Of a stretch of 50,867 nucleotides of DNA, positions 1 through 9,429 are shown in pieces. Source of the stretch: an uncultured Clostridium sp. (lineage in GTDB: Bacteria; Bacillota_I; Bacilli_A; RF39; UBA660); assembly GCA_964345385.1 (NCBI GenBank), contig CAYFQM010000001.1, positions 630 through 51,496 of the forward strand, given 5' to 3'. A program made the position numbers and the translations under genes. The notes under the pieces are model-generated. The model did no database searches. It saw nothing but the letters and a program-made list of their open reading frames with translations, and was not told the DNA's origin. How positions within the stretch are numbered: the first letter of the stretch is position 1; every line of letters begins with the position of its first letter.

Positions 1-2589
1 ATGTGGTACACGAAGTGAAGTATCTCTTACTTCTCTTGTTTTTTCTCCAAATATTGCATGTAATAATTTTTCTTCACTAGTCAATTCTTGCATACCTTTA
101 GGAGTTACTTTACCAACTAATATATCATTTTCTTTTACTTCTGTCCCAATACGAACAATTCCATTTTCATCAAGATTTTTTCTTGCTTCTTCTGATATAT
201 TTGGAATATCACGAGTAAACTCTTCTGGTCCTAACTTAGTATCTCTACATTCTATTTCTTTCATTTCTAAATGTATTGAAGTTAAAACATCTTCTTTTAC
301 AATTCTTTCACTTAATATAATTGCATCTTCAAAGTTATATCCATCAAAAGTCATGAAAGCTACTACTAAGTTTTTACCTAGAGCAATTTCTCCTTTATCA
401 CAAGATGGTCCATCAGCAATTATTTCACCCTTACGCACTTTATCATTTTTCTTTACTATTGGTTTTTGATTATAACATGTTTCTGCATTACTTCTTTCAT
501 ATGATATAAGTTCATAAGTTCTTTTTTCTTTAGCACCTTTAATAACTATCTTTTTAGAATCAACATATTCAACAATTCCATCTATATCACTTACAACGCA
601 TACTCCAGAATCTTTTGCAACTGAATGTTCAACACCTGTTCCTACTATAGGTGCTTCAGTTACTAATAATGGAACAGCTTGCCTTTGCATATTAGCTCCC
701 ATTAAAGTTCTATTCGCATCATCATGTTCCATAAATGGAATTAAACTAGTTGTTACAGAAACTATTTGTGAAGGTGCAACATCAATATAATCTACTTTAT
801 CTTTAGATACTAATAAGTTTTCTCCTTCATGTCTAACAGGAACAATATCATCTTCAATCATTCCTTTACTATCTATATTTATTGTTGCTTGACTAATATA
901 ATAATCTTCTTCTTCATCAGCAGTAAAATATTCTATTTCATCTAAAACTTTAGAATCTACTACTTTTCTATATGGTGTCATAATAAAACCATATTCATTA
1001 ATCTTAGCATATGAAGCTAAAGATGTAATTAATCCAATATTTTGACCTTCTGGTGTTTCAATTGGACAAATTCTTCCATAATGTGATGGATTAACATCTC
1101 TTACTTCAAATCCAGCCCTATCTCTTGATAAACCTCCAGGACCTAATGCACTTAGTCTTCTTTTGTCATTAAGCTCTGCTACAGGATTTATTTGATCCAT
1201 AAATTTTGATAGTTGAGATGAACCAAAAAATTCTTTTAAAGCAGCTGTTAATGGACGAATATTAATTAATGATTTAGGAGTTACTGCATCTATTTCTTGA
1301 GTAGACATCTTATCTCTAATTTGTCTTTCCATACGAGCAATACCTATTCTAAATTGTTGAGAAATTAACTCTCCTACTTGTCTTACTCTTCTATTACCAA
1401 GATGATCTATTTCATCAAAATGACCAATTCCATATAATAAACTAATATAATATGAAAGTGATGCATATACATCAGGTATAGTAAGTCTTCTATCATCAAT
1501 AGTTTGATCATTACCAATTACTTTAATTATCTTATTACTTTCATCATTTGCATATAACAATATTTCTTGCACTTTATTATATGTATCTAATTCTTCATTT
1601 ATAGTTACTTCTTTAACACCATAACCTTCACTTAAGTAAGGCTTTAACTCACTTAAAAGTTCTTTAGTGATAATATCACCTTTCTTAGCAATAGTTTTTC
1701 TTCCTACTTTAATATCTTGCGCTAGTTTATTATTAAGTAATCTATCTACCACATTTAACTTTTTATTAAATTTATATCTACCAACTTTACCTAAATCATA
1801 TCTAAATCTATCAAAAAACCTAGTTATTAATTGGTTTTTAGCACTATCTAATGTTGCAGGTTCACCCGGTCTTAATTTTTCATATATTTCTATTAATGCT
1901 TCATCAGTATTTTTAGTAGAATCTTTTGTAAGAGTATTAACTAAATAATCATCTTTTCCAAATAATTTTAATATTTCTTCATCACTACTAAGACCCAATG
2001 CTCTTAATAAAGTTGTTACTGGTACTTTTCTAGTTCTATCTATTCTTACATATAAAATACCTCTTGCATCAAGTTCATACTCAAGCCAAGTTCCTTTGTT
2101 TGGTCTTATTTCGTTAGAAATAATATGTCTACCTGTTTTATCAATTTCACTTTTATAATAACAAGAAGGCCCCATAACAAGTTGATTATTAATAACTCTT
2201 TCTGCTCCATTTATAATAAATGATGCAGTATCAGTCATCAATGGAATATCACCTAAGAAAATTTCTTGTTCTTTTACCTCACCTGTTTCATTTATAAATA
2301 GTCTAGCTTGTACTTTTAAAGAAGCAGAATAAGTAAGTTTCCTTTCTTTACACTGTTTTACAGTATACTTTGATGGCTCAAAATGATATTCACCAAATTC
2401 CAACGACAAAGAACCGGAGAAACTATCTACCGGAAATATATCATCGAAAATTTCTTTTATTCCTTCCTTCAAAAATTTGTCAAATGAATCTTTTTGTACC
2501 TCTAAAAGATTCGATAATTCTAATGTACGTTTTGTAGAGAAATTTCTTCTTTCTCTATGGTCACCAAATTTCATTGTTTTGTATGCCAC
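1..2589 (-). CDS. rpoB: DNA-directed RNA polymerase beta subunit, N-terminal ~863 codons; the 3' end runs off the window
   Basis: Absent from the ORF track because it is open to the window edge. My translation from GTG at 2589 (RBS GGGGTG 5 nt upstream) gives VAYKTMKFGDHRERRNFSTKRTLELSNLLEVQKDSFDKFLKEGIKEIFDDIFPVDSFSGSLSLEFGEYHFEPSKYTVKQCKER, a typical RpoB N-terminus. The codons at the edge read SLRVPH, also an RpoB motif. Position after rplJ-rplL-methyltransferase is canonical. Confidence 0.93.
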   Translation of the reverse strand, partial: MAYKTMKFGDHRERRNFSTKRTLELSNLLEVQKDSFDKFLKEGIKEIFDDIFPVDSFSGSLSLEFGEYHFEPSKYTVKQCKERKLTYSASLKVQARLFINETGEVKEQEIFLGDIPLMTDTASFIINGAERVINNQLVMGPSCYYKSEIDKTGRHIISNEIRPNKGTWLEYELDARGILYVRIDRTRKVPVTTLLRALGLSSDEEILKLFGKDDYLVNTLTKDSTKNTDEALIEIYEKLRPGEPATLDSAKNQLITRFFDRFRYDLGKVGRYKFNKKLNVVDRLLNNKLAQDIKVGRKTIAKKGDIITKELLSELKPYLSEGYGVKEVTINEELDTYNKVQEILLYANDESNKIIKVIGNDQTIDDRRLTIPDVYASLSYYISLLYGIGHFDEIDHLGNRRVRQVGELISQQFRIGIARMERQIRDKMSTQEIDAVTPKSLINIRPLTAALKEFFGSSQLSKFMDQINPVAELNDKRRLSALGPGGLSRDRAGFEVRDVNPSHYGRICPIETPEGQNIGLITSLASYAKINEYGFIMTPYRKVVDSKVLDEIEYFTADEEEDYYISQATINIDSKGMIEDDIVPVRHEGENLLVSKDKVDYIDVAPSQIVSVTTSLIPFMEHDDANRTLMGANMQRQAVPLLVTEAPIVGTGVEHSVAKDSGVCVVSDIDGIVEYVDSKKIVIKGAKEKRTYELISYERSNAETCYNQKPIVKKNDKVRKGEIIADGPSCDKGEIALGKNLVVAFMTFDGYNFEDAIILSERIVKEDVLTSIHLEMKEIECRDTKLGPEEFTRDIPNISEEARKNLDENGIVRIGTEVKENDILVGKVTPKGMQELTSEEKLLHAIFGEKTREVRDTSLRVPH

Positions 2590-2659
2590 TTTTTCACCCC
2601 AATCCTAAAATTTTTAAAGAACACAATATCTAAAATAAACAAACACATTGCAATTTATA

Positions 2660-2689
2660 ATTCTATCATATATATTTCAAATAAGTCAA
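2660..2689 (-). promoter_or_regulatory. Candidate sigma-A promoter for rpoB
   Basis: Minus strand reads TTGACT (2689..2684), an 18-nt spacer containing TG, then TAGAAT (2665..2660), about 70 nt upstream of the rpoB GTG. Confidence 0.35.
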
Positions 2690-2699
2690 TATATTTTGA

Positions 2700-3287
2700 T
2701 TAATTAGTTACTTTAAATATAAAATATCCCTTTTCTTTATTTAAAATTTCAACTTTATATTTTTCTTCTATTATTTTTTTAATAGTTTTTGCTCCTTGTT
2801 TTTTTCTTATAACAAAATATAACCTACCATTTTTATTTAAATGATCAAAAGAACCAAGCAATATTTCTAATACTTTTTCTCTTCCAGCTCTTATAGGTGG
2901 ATTAGTTATAATAACATCGTATTTACTAGTTACATTACTATAAGCATCACTTTCAAATATGTTGCCTTTAAATTCTGTTTTTTTTGCATTTCTTTTAGCT
3001 AAATGCACTGCTCGTTTATTAATATCTATCATATCAACATAACTATTATTAACTACAGATATAACTATTCCAAGAAAACCATATCCACAGCCAACATCTA
3101 ATACTTTATAATTTTCACTTACATCTTTTAAATATGATTCAACTAATAATTTACTTCCATAATCAATATGCTTTTTACTAAAAACTCCATTATCAGTTAA
3201 AAATGTAAATGAAAAAGAAAGATAAGAATATTTTAACTCTTTTATTTCACTTGTTAAATTTTGATTATTAGTAAAATAATGTATCAT
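2700..3287 (-). CDS. Class I SAM-dependent methyltransferase, RsmC/YbxB-like (16S rRNA m2G-type)
   Basis: Motif I VLDVGCGYG and the N-methyltransferase motif NPPIRAG. It sits between rplL and rpoB like Bacillus ybxB. I prefer the second ATG (3287), which has better spacing from the AAGGGAG RBS than the track start at 3293. Confidence 0.8.
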   Translation of the reverse strand: MIHYFTNNQNLTSEIKELKYSYLSFSFTFLTDNGVFSKKHIDYGSKLLVESYLKDVSENYKVLDVGCGYGFLGIVISVVNNSYVDMIDINKRAVHLAKRNAKKTEFKGNIFESDAYSNVTSKYDVIITNPPIRAGREKVLEILLGSFDHLNKNGRLYFVIRKKQGAKTIKKIIEEKYKVEILNKEKGYFIFKVTN

Positions 3288-3323
3288 TCCCATCTCCCTT
3301 CTTTTTTATATACCTTATATACG

Positions 3324-3347
3324 CAAAAAGCCTTTATATTAAAGGCT
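3324..3347 (-). terminator. Rho-independent terminator after rplL
   Basis: Minus strand AGCCTTT-AATAT-AAAGGCT followed by TTTTT, directly after the rplL stop. Confidence 0.6.
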
Positions 3348-3352
3348 GTTAA

Positions 3353-3721
3353 TTAAGCTAGTTCTACTGTTGCGCCAACTTCTTCTAATTTTGCTTTTAA
3401 TTCTTCAGCTTCAGCAGTAGGAATATTTTCTTTTACATTTCCTCCAGCATCAGCAATATCTTTTGCTTCTTTTAATCCTAAACCAGTTACTTCTCTTACA
3501 ATTTTAATAACTTGTAATTTTTGAGCTCCTGCTTCTTTTAAAACAACTGTTTTAACTGAAGATGTTTCTTCTTCTTTTTGAGCTTCAACTGGTGCAGCTA
3601 CTGCTACAGCACTTGGATCTACTCCAAACTCTTCTTTCATCATATCAACTAATTCTTTTACTTCAAGAATTGTTTTTTCTTTTAAAGCTGCAATAATATC
3701 TTTATTTTCAATTTTTGCCAT
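3353..3721 (-). CDS. rplL: 50S ribosomal protein L7/L12
   Basis: 122 aa. N-terminal dimerisation helix, Ala/Glu-rich hinge (AVAAPVEAQKEEE), and C-terminal KLQVIKIVREVTGLGLKEAKDIAD...ELKAKLEEVGATVEL. Confidence 0.97.
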   Translation of the reverse strand: MAKIENKDIIAALKEKTILEVKELVDMMKEEFGVDPSAVAVAAPVEAQKEEETSSVKTVVLKEAGAQKLQVIKIVREVTGLGLKEAKDIADAGGNVKENIPTAEAEELKAKLEEVGATVELA

Positions 3722-4224
3722 TAGTTATTTCCTCCTTCTTCTAACTTTTCAGCATATAAATTCAATCCTATACTTAAATTTTTCAAATGTTCTATTAAAC
3801 CGCCAGCAAACATTGTAAGTAATCCTTCCATACTTGGAATTGTTGCATATTCATTTATTACTTTTGTATCTACTACCTTACCATCAATAAATCCTACTTT
3901 TATTTCAAGTGCTGGATGAGTTTTAGCAAACTGACTTACTATTTTTATAGGTTCAATAATATCAGTAGAAAAAACATAAATATTTGGTCCTTGCATAAAA
4001 TCATCAAGTTCTATTTTCTTTTTATTAATTGCTAAGTTCATTAAAGTGTTTTTATATACTTTAATTTCAGAACCACATTCTTTTAAGTTTTTTCTTAATA
4101 ATGCAAGTTCAGTAACTGTAAGTCCTTGATAATTAAGAAGTAAAAAAGTTTTAGATGAATCTAGTTTTTGAACTATTTCATTAACAACATTTTCTTTTTG
4201 TTTTAGAATTTCTTTACTTGCCAC
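3721..4224 (-). CDS. rplJ: 50S ribosomal protein L10
   Basis: 167 aa. GTG start preceded by AAGGAGGAAGAA. L10-like sequence (LLLNYQGLTVTELALLRKNLKECGSEIKVYKNTL), immediately upstream of rplL. Confidence 0.93.
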   Translation of the reverse strand: MASKEILKQKENVVNEIVQKLDSSKTFLLLNYQGLTVTELALLRKNLKECGSEIKVYKNTLMNLAINKKKIELDDFMQGPNIYVFSTDIIEPIKIVSQFAKTHPALEIKVGFIDGKVVDTKVINEYATIPSMEGLLTMFAGGLIEHLKNLSIGLNLYAEKLEEGGNN

Positions 4225-4340
4225 TTCTTCCTCCTTTTAACTATTTAAAAAGTTTCCAAAAGGAAACTTGTATTCAAATGAATAAATTGTTTCCTCGGTA
4301 AGATTTATGTTAGTACTTACTGTCTTTGGTCACTTCACGC
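4225..4340 (-). promoter_or_regulatory. rplJ 5' leader (ribosomal protein L10 leader-type attenuator) with a terminator hairpin
   Basis: About 115-nt untranslated leader between a good promoter and the rplJ RBS. It ends in AAGTTTCC-TTTT-GGAAACTT followed by TTTTAAAT (4243..4269). This matches the architecture of the Firmicute L10(L12)4-responsive leader. The fold was not verified. Confidence 0.5.
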
Positions 4341-4345
4341 TTATG

Positions 4346-4374
4346 ATTATATAACATACTTTTAAAATTGTAAA
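4346..4374 (-). promoter_or_regulatory. Sigma-A promoter of the rplJL operon
   Basis: Minus strand TTTACA (4374..4369), 17 nt, TATAAT (4351..4346), with TG upstream of the -10. Confidence 0.6.
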
Positions 4375-4380
4375 GCTTTT

Positions 4381-5016
4381 TTATAAATTTTTTAAAAATT
4401 CTATATTATTTATAATATCTTTATGAATATATGAAGCACTAACTAGCATATCAGCTCCAGCTTCTCCTGCTAATAAAGATGTTTCTTCATTTATACCACC
4501 ATCTACAGAAATAATAGTTTTATAATTGTTTTTAAAAATATATTCTTTTAATGTTCTAATTTTTTCTAAAGACTCGTGCATAAATGTTTGATAAGACTCT
4601 CCTGGTTCAACACTCATAATAAGTACTTGATCTATTTTATCTAAATATGGATAAAGATCTTCTACTTTAGTATTTGGCTTTATAGATATTCCTACTAATA
4701 AACCATAAGATTTAATTTTATCAATAATTTTGTCAATATCTTTTACTGCCTCATAATGAAATATTAAATACTCTGTATTAATAAGAGCATAATCTTCTAT
4801 ATATTTTTCTGGTTTATCAACCATTAAATGAACATCAAACTTCATATTAGTATTAGAAACTATTTTTTTAATTTCACTATAAGTCCATGTTTTATTTTTA
4901 ACAAACTTTCCATCCATGATATCTAAATGTATATAATCTGCTTTTGACTTAGATACTTCTTTTACTATATCAGATGGTTTAATACTATTTGATAATATAG
5001 AAACAGATACTTTCAT
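4381..5016 (-). CDS. rpe: Ribulose-phosphate 3-epimerase
   Basis: SILS..., HLDIMDGKFVKN, DVHLMV and SVDGGIN motifs. It follows rsgA, as in the conserved rlmN-prpC-prkC-rsgA-rpe operon. Confidence 0.92.
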   Translation of the reverse strand: MKVSVSILSNSIKPSDIVKEVSKSKADYIHLDIMDGKFVKNKTWTYSEIKKIVSNTNMKFDVHLMVDKPEKYIEDYALINTEYLIFHYEAVKDIDKIIDKIKSYGLLVGISIKPNTKVEDLYPYLDKIDQVLIMSVEPGESYQTFMHESLEKIRTLKEYIFKNNYKTIISVDGGINEETSLLAGEAGADMLVSASYIHKDIINNIEFLKNL

Positions 5017-5840
5017 TTTCCCTCCCCTAACAATTTAATATAATTATCATATCTAAACTTTTTAATTACATTTTTCTTTACTAACTTTTTTATATAACAA
5101 CCTTCTTCTTTATCATGTAAACAAGATTTATATTTACACTTGTGTACAAAGTCTTTGTAATACTTTCTTATATCTTCTTTTTTAATGTCTAATGTAACCG
5201 ATGAAAAACCAGGAGTATCTGCGACTAAACCATTACCTATTTTTAAAAGTTCTACTAATCTAGTTGTATGCTTTCCTCTTCCTAATGCAAGAGAAACTTC
5301 ATCTGTTTTTAATTTTAAAGATTTATCTATACGATTTAAAAGTGTGCTTTTACCACTTCCTGTTTGACCACAAAGTGCAACTGTTACTCCATCAAACTCT
5401 TTTTTTATTTTTTTAATTTGATAATTATAATATACTTTAATACCTATTTTTTTATAATAATTAACATATTTTTTAATATCTAATTTTTCTTTAAATTTTA
5501 ATTTATCTGTTTTGGTAACAATAATAATTGGCTCTATATTATTTGAATATGAAATTATTAAAAATTTATCTATTAAATAAGTTGAAAAAGCAGGAATAGT
5601 TGTACTTGATACAATTAAAAGCTTATCTATATTAGCAACCATAGGTCTATCTAAACTATTTCTTCTTTTATATATTTTTTCAATCGTTTTATTTGCTATA
5701 TCTACTAAACAATAATCTCCTACTAATGTAAAAACATTTTCATTTCTAAGTTTTCCTCTTACTATGCAATCTACTACATCCCCATTATCAAGTAAAACAG
5801 TATGTATAAATTTATTAATACATATTATTTTTCCTTTCAT
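5013..5840 (-). CDS. rsgA: Ribosome small-subunit biogenesis GTPase RsgA (CpgA/YloQ)
   Basis: Circularly permuted GTPase motifs TKTD, GQTGSGKSTLLN and DTPGF, plus a C-terminal Zn knuckle CKYKSCLHDKEEGC. ATGA overlap with rpe. Confidence 0.92.
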   Translation of the reverse strand: MKGKIICINKFIHTVLLDNGDVVDCIVRGKLRNENVFTLVGDYCLVDIANKTIEKIYKRRNSLDRPMVANIDKLLIVSSTTIPAFSTYLIDKFLIISYSNNIEPIIIVTKTDKLKFKEKLDIKKYVNYYKKIGIKVYYNYQIKKIKKEFDGVTVALCGQTGSGKSTLLNRIDKSLKLKTDEVSLALGRGKHTTRLVELLKIGNGLVADTPGFSSVTLDIKKEDIRKYYKDFVHKCKYKSCLHDKEEGCYIKKLVKKNVIKKFRYDNYIKLLGEGK

Positions 5841-5843
5841 TTA

Positions 5844-7592
5844 TTAACCCTCTGGTTCTTCTTCTGGAGGAGTTTGAGGTTCTTCTTCAACTATTTTTTT
5901 CTTTGTTATTTTAATTGTTACTGTTACTCCACTTACTACTTCAGTATTTGCAGCAGGAGATTGATGTATTATAGTACCTGCTGGATAATCATTTGTTTCT
6001 TCATAATTTATTTTTAATTTTAAACCATGAGTTCTACAATATTCTTCTACTGATCCTACTGAATAACCACTAGTAAAATCAGGATATTTATATACTATAT
6101 CTGGTATAAATATAGTAATTTGTTTACCAGGCTTTACTGCTTCTCCTACACTAGGTTCTGTTCTTAATACTGTGTTTTCTTCTTTTTTATCATCTTCACT
6201 TATTTTTTCTTTTTCTATTACTACATTACAATCACATTTTTCTTCAAGTTTACCTTTTACTTCTAAATAATTTTGTCCAGTAAAGTCTTCTACTATATAA
6301 ACTTGCATTCCAGAAGAAACATATAAATATATTGTGGTTCCTATTTTTATTTTAATTCCTGCTTCTGGACTAGTTTTAACTACATTATCTTCTTCAATAG
6401 TTTCGCTAGCTACATATTTATACTCTGAACTAACATTAAAACCAAGATCAGTTAATATATTAGATGCTTCTTTTATTGTTTTATCCGAAACATCTGGTAT
6501 ATATACTGCTTTATTTTTCTTTTCATCTAACTTTGTATACACAACTAGCCCTATTGTAACTATAAGAATAAGCCCCACAAAAATACTAAGAAGTATAATT
6601 AATATTTTATTAGCTTTTTTATTATCATCTATTTCTTCTTCTATTAACTTTTTTTCTTCTTCTTTTTCTTTTTTTAATTTAATTTCTTCTACTTCTTTAT
6701 CTAACGATTTAGTCTCATCCAAATCATTTTCTGGATATTTATAAACATATCTTTTTTCATCTTGACGAAAAGCATCTAAACAAGTTTTTATATCTTCATG
6801 CATCTGCCTTGCATCTTTATATCTATTCTTTGGATTTTTAGCAGTTGCTTTTAATATAACATTTTCAAGTGATTGTGGAATAGAAGGAATTTCTTTTTTT
6901 ATACTAGGCAAAGGTTCCTTTAAATGTTTTAAAGCTATTTCAACAGCAGATTCTCCTTTATATGGAAGTTTACCAGCTAATAACTCATACATCATTATAC
7001 CCATTGAATAAATATCACTTTTTATAGTTGATCCTTTTCCATTAGCTTGTTCTGGTGGTAAATAATGTACTGTTCCCATTACACTATTTGTTTGAGTAAG
7101 TTGAGTAGAGTTTAAAGCAGTTGATACACCAAAATCCGTTATTTTAATAACACCATTAGAAAGCATCATTATATTTTGTGGTTTAATATCTCTATGAATA
7201 ATATATGCATCATGAGCATGTGCCATTCCATCTGCCACTTGAAGCATAATATCTATTACTTCTGTTATAGAAAGTTTTTCTCTTGCTTTTAATATTTGTT
7301 TTAATGTTTTACCATCAACATACTCCATAACAATATAGTATCCGCATTCATCTTCTCCTACATCATACATCTCAACTATATTAGGATGAGATAAACTAGA
7401 AGCAGATAAAGCTTCTCTTTGAAAACGTCTTACAAACTTATCATCATTTGCTAGGTCTCCACGAAGAACTTTAACAGCAACATTTCTATCTAATATTTCA
7501 TCATGTGCTAAATAAACATTAGCCATTCCGCCCTCACCTAATGTTTTAATTATTTGATATCTATCATTAATTTTAGAACCTTTCACTATCAC
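5844..7592 (-). CDS. prkC: Ser/Thr protein kinase with extracellular PASTA repeats (PrkC/StkP type)
   Basis: Hanks kinase motifs GEGGMANVY, VAVK, HRDIKPQN, DFG and a PPE-containing activation segment. One TM (ILIILLSIFVGLILIVTIGLVVY), then repeated PASTA-like modules (VYIPDVSDKTIKEASNILTDLGF..., YIVEDFTGQNY...). Confidence 0.93.
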   Translation of the reverse strand: MIVKGSKINDRYQIIKTLGEGGMANVYLAHDEILDRNVAVKVLRGDLANDDKFVRRFQREALSASSLSHPNIVEMYDVGEDECGYYIVMEYVDGKTLKQILKAREKLSITEVIDIMLQVADGMAHAHDAYIIHRDIKPQNIMMLSNGVIKITDFGVSTALNSTQLTQTNSVMGTVHYLPPEQANGKGSTIKSDIYSMGIMMYELLAGKLPYKGESAVEIALKHLKEPLPSIKKEIPSIPQSLENVILKATAKNPKNRYKDARQMHEDIKTCLDAFRQDEKRYVYKYPENDLDETKSLDKEVEEIKLKKEKEEEKKLIEEEIDDNKKANKILIILLSIFVGLILIVTIGLVVYTKLDEKKNKAVYIPDVSDKTIKEASNILTDLGFNVSSEYKYVASETIEEDNVVKTSPEAGIKIKIGTTIYLYVSSGMQVYIVEDFTGQNYLEVKGKLEEKCDCNVVIEKEKISEDDKKEENTVLRTEPSVGEAVKPGKQITIFIPDIVYKYPDFTSGYSVGSVEEYCRTHGLKLKINYEETNDYPAGTIIHQSPAANTEVVSGVTVTIKITKKKIVEEEPQTPPEEEPEG

Positions 7593-8329
7593 TATTCATC
7601 ATCCCTTTTCAAATAAGCAACAGTTATATTATCAGTTCCCCCTCTTGCATTGCTTTTCATTATTAATTTATTTATTTGCTCTTCAATAGTTAATTCTTGA
7701 TCATTTAATACTTTTTCTATTTGTTCTTTAGTTAACATATTAGTTAATCCATCACTACATAAAAGTATTCCATCAACAGTTTTTTCTACATCAAAAATAT
7801 CTATTTCAATTATTTCTGCAGCACCTAATGCTTTCATTAAAATATTTTTTTGTGGATGCATTTGAGCATCATTTATACTTATTTCTCCGCTTTCTAATAA
7901 TAAGTTAACTAAAGTATGATCTTTTGTTACTTTATAAAGTTTACCTTGTTTTAATACATAACCACTAGAATCACCTACATTACCAAATAATAAAAAGTCA
8001 TTTGTTAAGATGGCACATACACAAGTAGTTCCAAGACCTGATGCATCAACATGTGATTCAGCATATCTTAATATTTTTACATTTATTTCATCTATTATTT
8101 CTTTTAACCAAACTACAGCTTCTTCTTTAGTTCCGATGCTAGACATAGCTATAAATCTTTTGCCCAGCTCATTTACAACTAATGAACTAGCCACTTCTCC
8201 GGCTTTATGTCCACCCATACCATCAGCAACTACCATTAAATATTCATTGTTTAAATTTTTTACTATTGTAACAGAATCTTCATTATGATTTCTAACTTTT
8301 CCAGGATCTGTTTGATAAAATGTTATCAT
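7592..8329 (-). CDS. prpC: PP2C-family Ser/Thr phosphatase (PrpC/Stp)
   Basis: Motifs RNHNEDS, VADGMGGHKAGEVAS, LCSDGL and GGTDNITV. Partner of prkC. Confidence 0.93.
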   Translation of the reverse strand: MITFYQTDPGKVRNHNEDSVTIVKNLNNEYLMVVADGMGGHKAGEVASSLVVNELGKRFIAMSSIGTKEEAVVWLKEIIDEINVKILRYAESHVDASGLGTTCVCAILTNDFLLFGNVGDSSGYVLKQGKLYKVTKDHTLVNLLLESGEISINDAQMHPQKNILMKALGAAEIIEIDIFDVEKTVDGILLCSDGLTNMLTKEQIEKVLNDQELTIEEQINKLIMKSNARGGTDNITVAYLKRDDE

Positions 8330-9348
8330 ATATTTCCCTCATTTCTAACTCGTAATTGTCCACATGCTGCAGATAAATTACCACCCATTTCTTTTCTTAT
8401 TATTACATTAACATTATTCTTTTTAAGTATATCATAAAACATTTTAATTTTAAAGTCTTCACTACGTTTAAATTGAGTATTAGATGTTTCATTATATGGT
8501 ATTAAATTAATATAAACTAACTTACCTTTAAATAAATTAACAAGTTCATAAGCATACTTCTTATCATCATTTATACCACTAAGCATTATATATTCAATAG
8601 TTATTTTTCTATTAGTTATACTTATATAGTAATCAATCGCATCGATTAACTCTTTAATATTATAAGCTTTATTTATTCTCATTAATTTACTTCTTAATTC
8701 ATCATTCGGAGCATGTAAAGAAATAGCTAAATTAACTTGACTATTTATATCAGCAAAATCTTTTATTTTAGGCACTATTCCACAAGTAGATACAGTTATA
8801 TGCCTAGAACCAATTTCTAACATCTTTCTATTTTTAGCTATATTTATAAAATCTATAATATTATCATAGTTATCAAAAGGCTCTCCTATTCCCATAATTA
8901 CAATAGAATTAATTTTTGTTTTAGATATTTTAGATGTGCTAACAACTTGTGAAACAAGTTCATGTACTTCTAAATTTCTAATTTTCTTTACTCTTCCACT
9001 TTCGCAAAAAGCACATCCCATATTACATCCAACTTGAGAAGAGATACATAAACTTGTTCCATAATCATGAAACATTAATACACATTCAATTTTATTTCCA
9101 TCAAATAACTCAAATAAATATTTATTAACTTCTTTACTCTCTTCTTTAGTAACTAGTTTTAAATCTTTAATAACAAATTTTTCTTTTAAATAAATAATAA
9201 GATTTTTTGATAAATTACTCATCAAATCAAAATCATATATATTTTTTTTATATATCCAATCTATTATTTGAACTGCATTATATTTTTTAAATCCATTTTC
9301 TACTAAATGAGCTTCTAATTTTTCTTGTGTAAAATCATATATATTCAT
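8326..9348 (-). CDS. rlmN: 23S rRNA/tRNA m2A radical-SAM methyltransferase RlmN
   Basis: Radical SAM CNMGCAFCESG, C-terminal catalytic AACGQL, and the conserved position upstream of prpC. Confidence 0.92.
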   Translation of the reverse strand: MNIYDFTQEKLEAHLVENGFKKYNAVQIIDWIYKKNIYDFDLMSNLSKNLIIYLKEKFVIKDLKLVTKEESKEVNKYLFELFDGNKIECVLMFHDYGTSLCISSQVGCNMGCAFCESGRVKKIRNLEVHELVSQVVSTSKISKTKINSIVIMGIGEPFDNYDNIIDFINIAKNRKMLEIGSRHITVSTCGIVPKIKDFADINSQVNLAISLHAPNDELRSKLMRINKAYNIKELIDAIDYYISITNRKITIEYIMLSGINDDKKYAYELVNLFKGKLVYINLIPYNETSNTQFKRSEDFKIKMFYDILKKNNVNVIIRKEMGGNLSAACGQLRVRNEGNI

Positions 9349-9385
9349 ATGTACTCCTAGTAAAATTATATCATAACAATAAGCA

Positions 9386-9421
9386 ATTAAAAAACATTAA
9401 ATTAGTTTTATTTAATGTTTT
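9386..9421 (-). terminator. Rho-independent terminator after alaS
   Basis: AAACATTAAAT...ATTTAATGTTT inverted repeat followed by T6 on the minus strand. Confidence 0.5.
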
Positions 9422-9429
9422 TATTTACA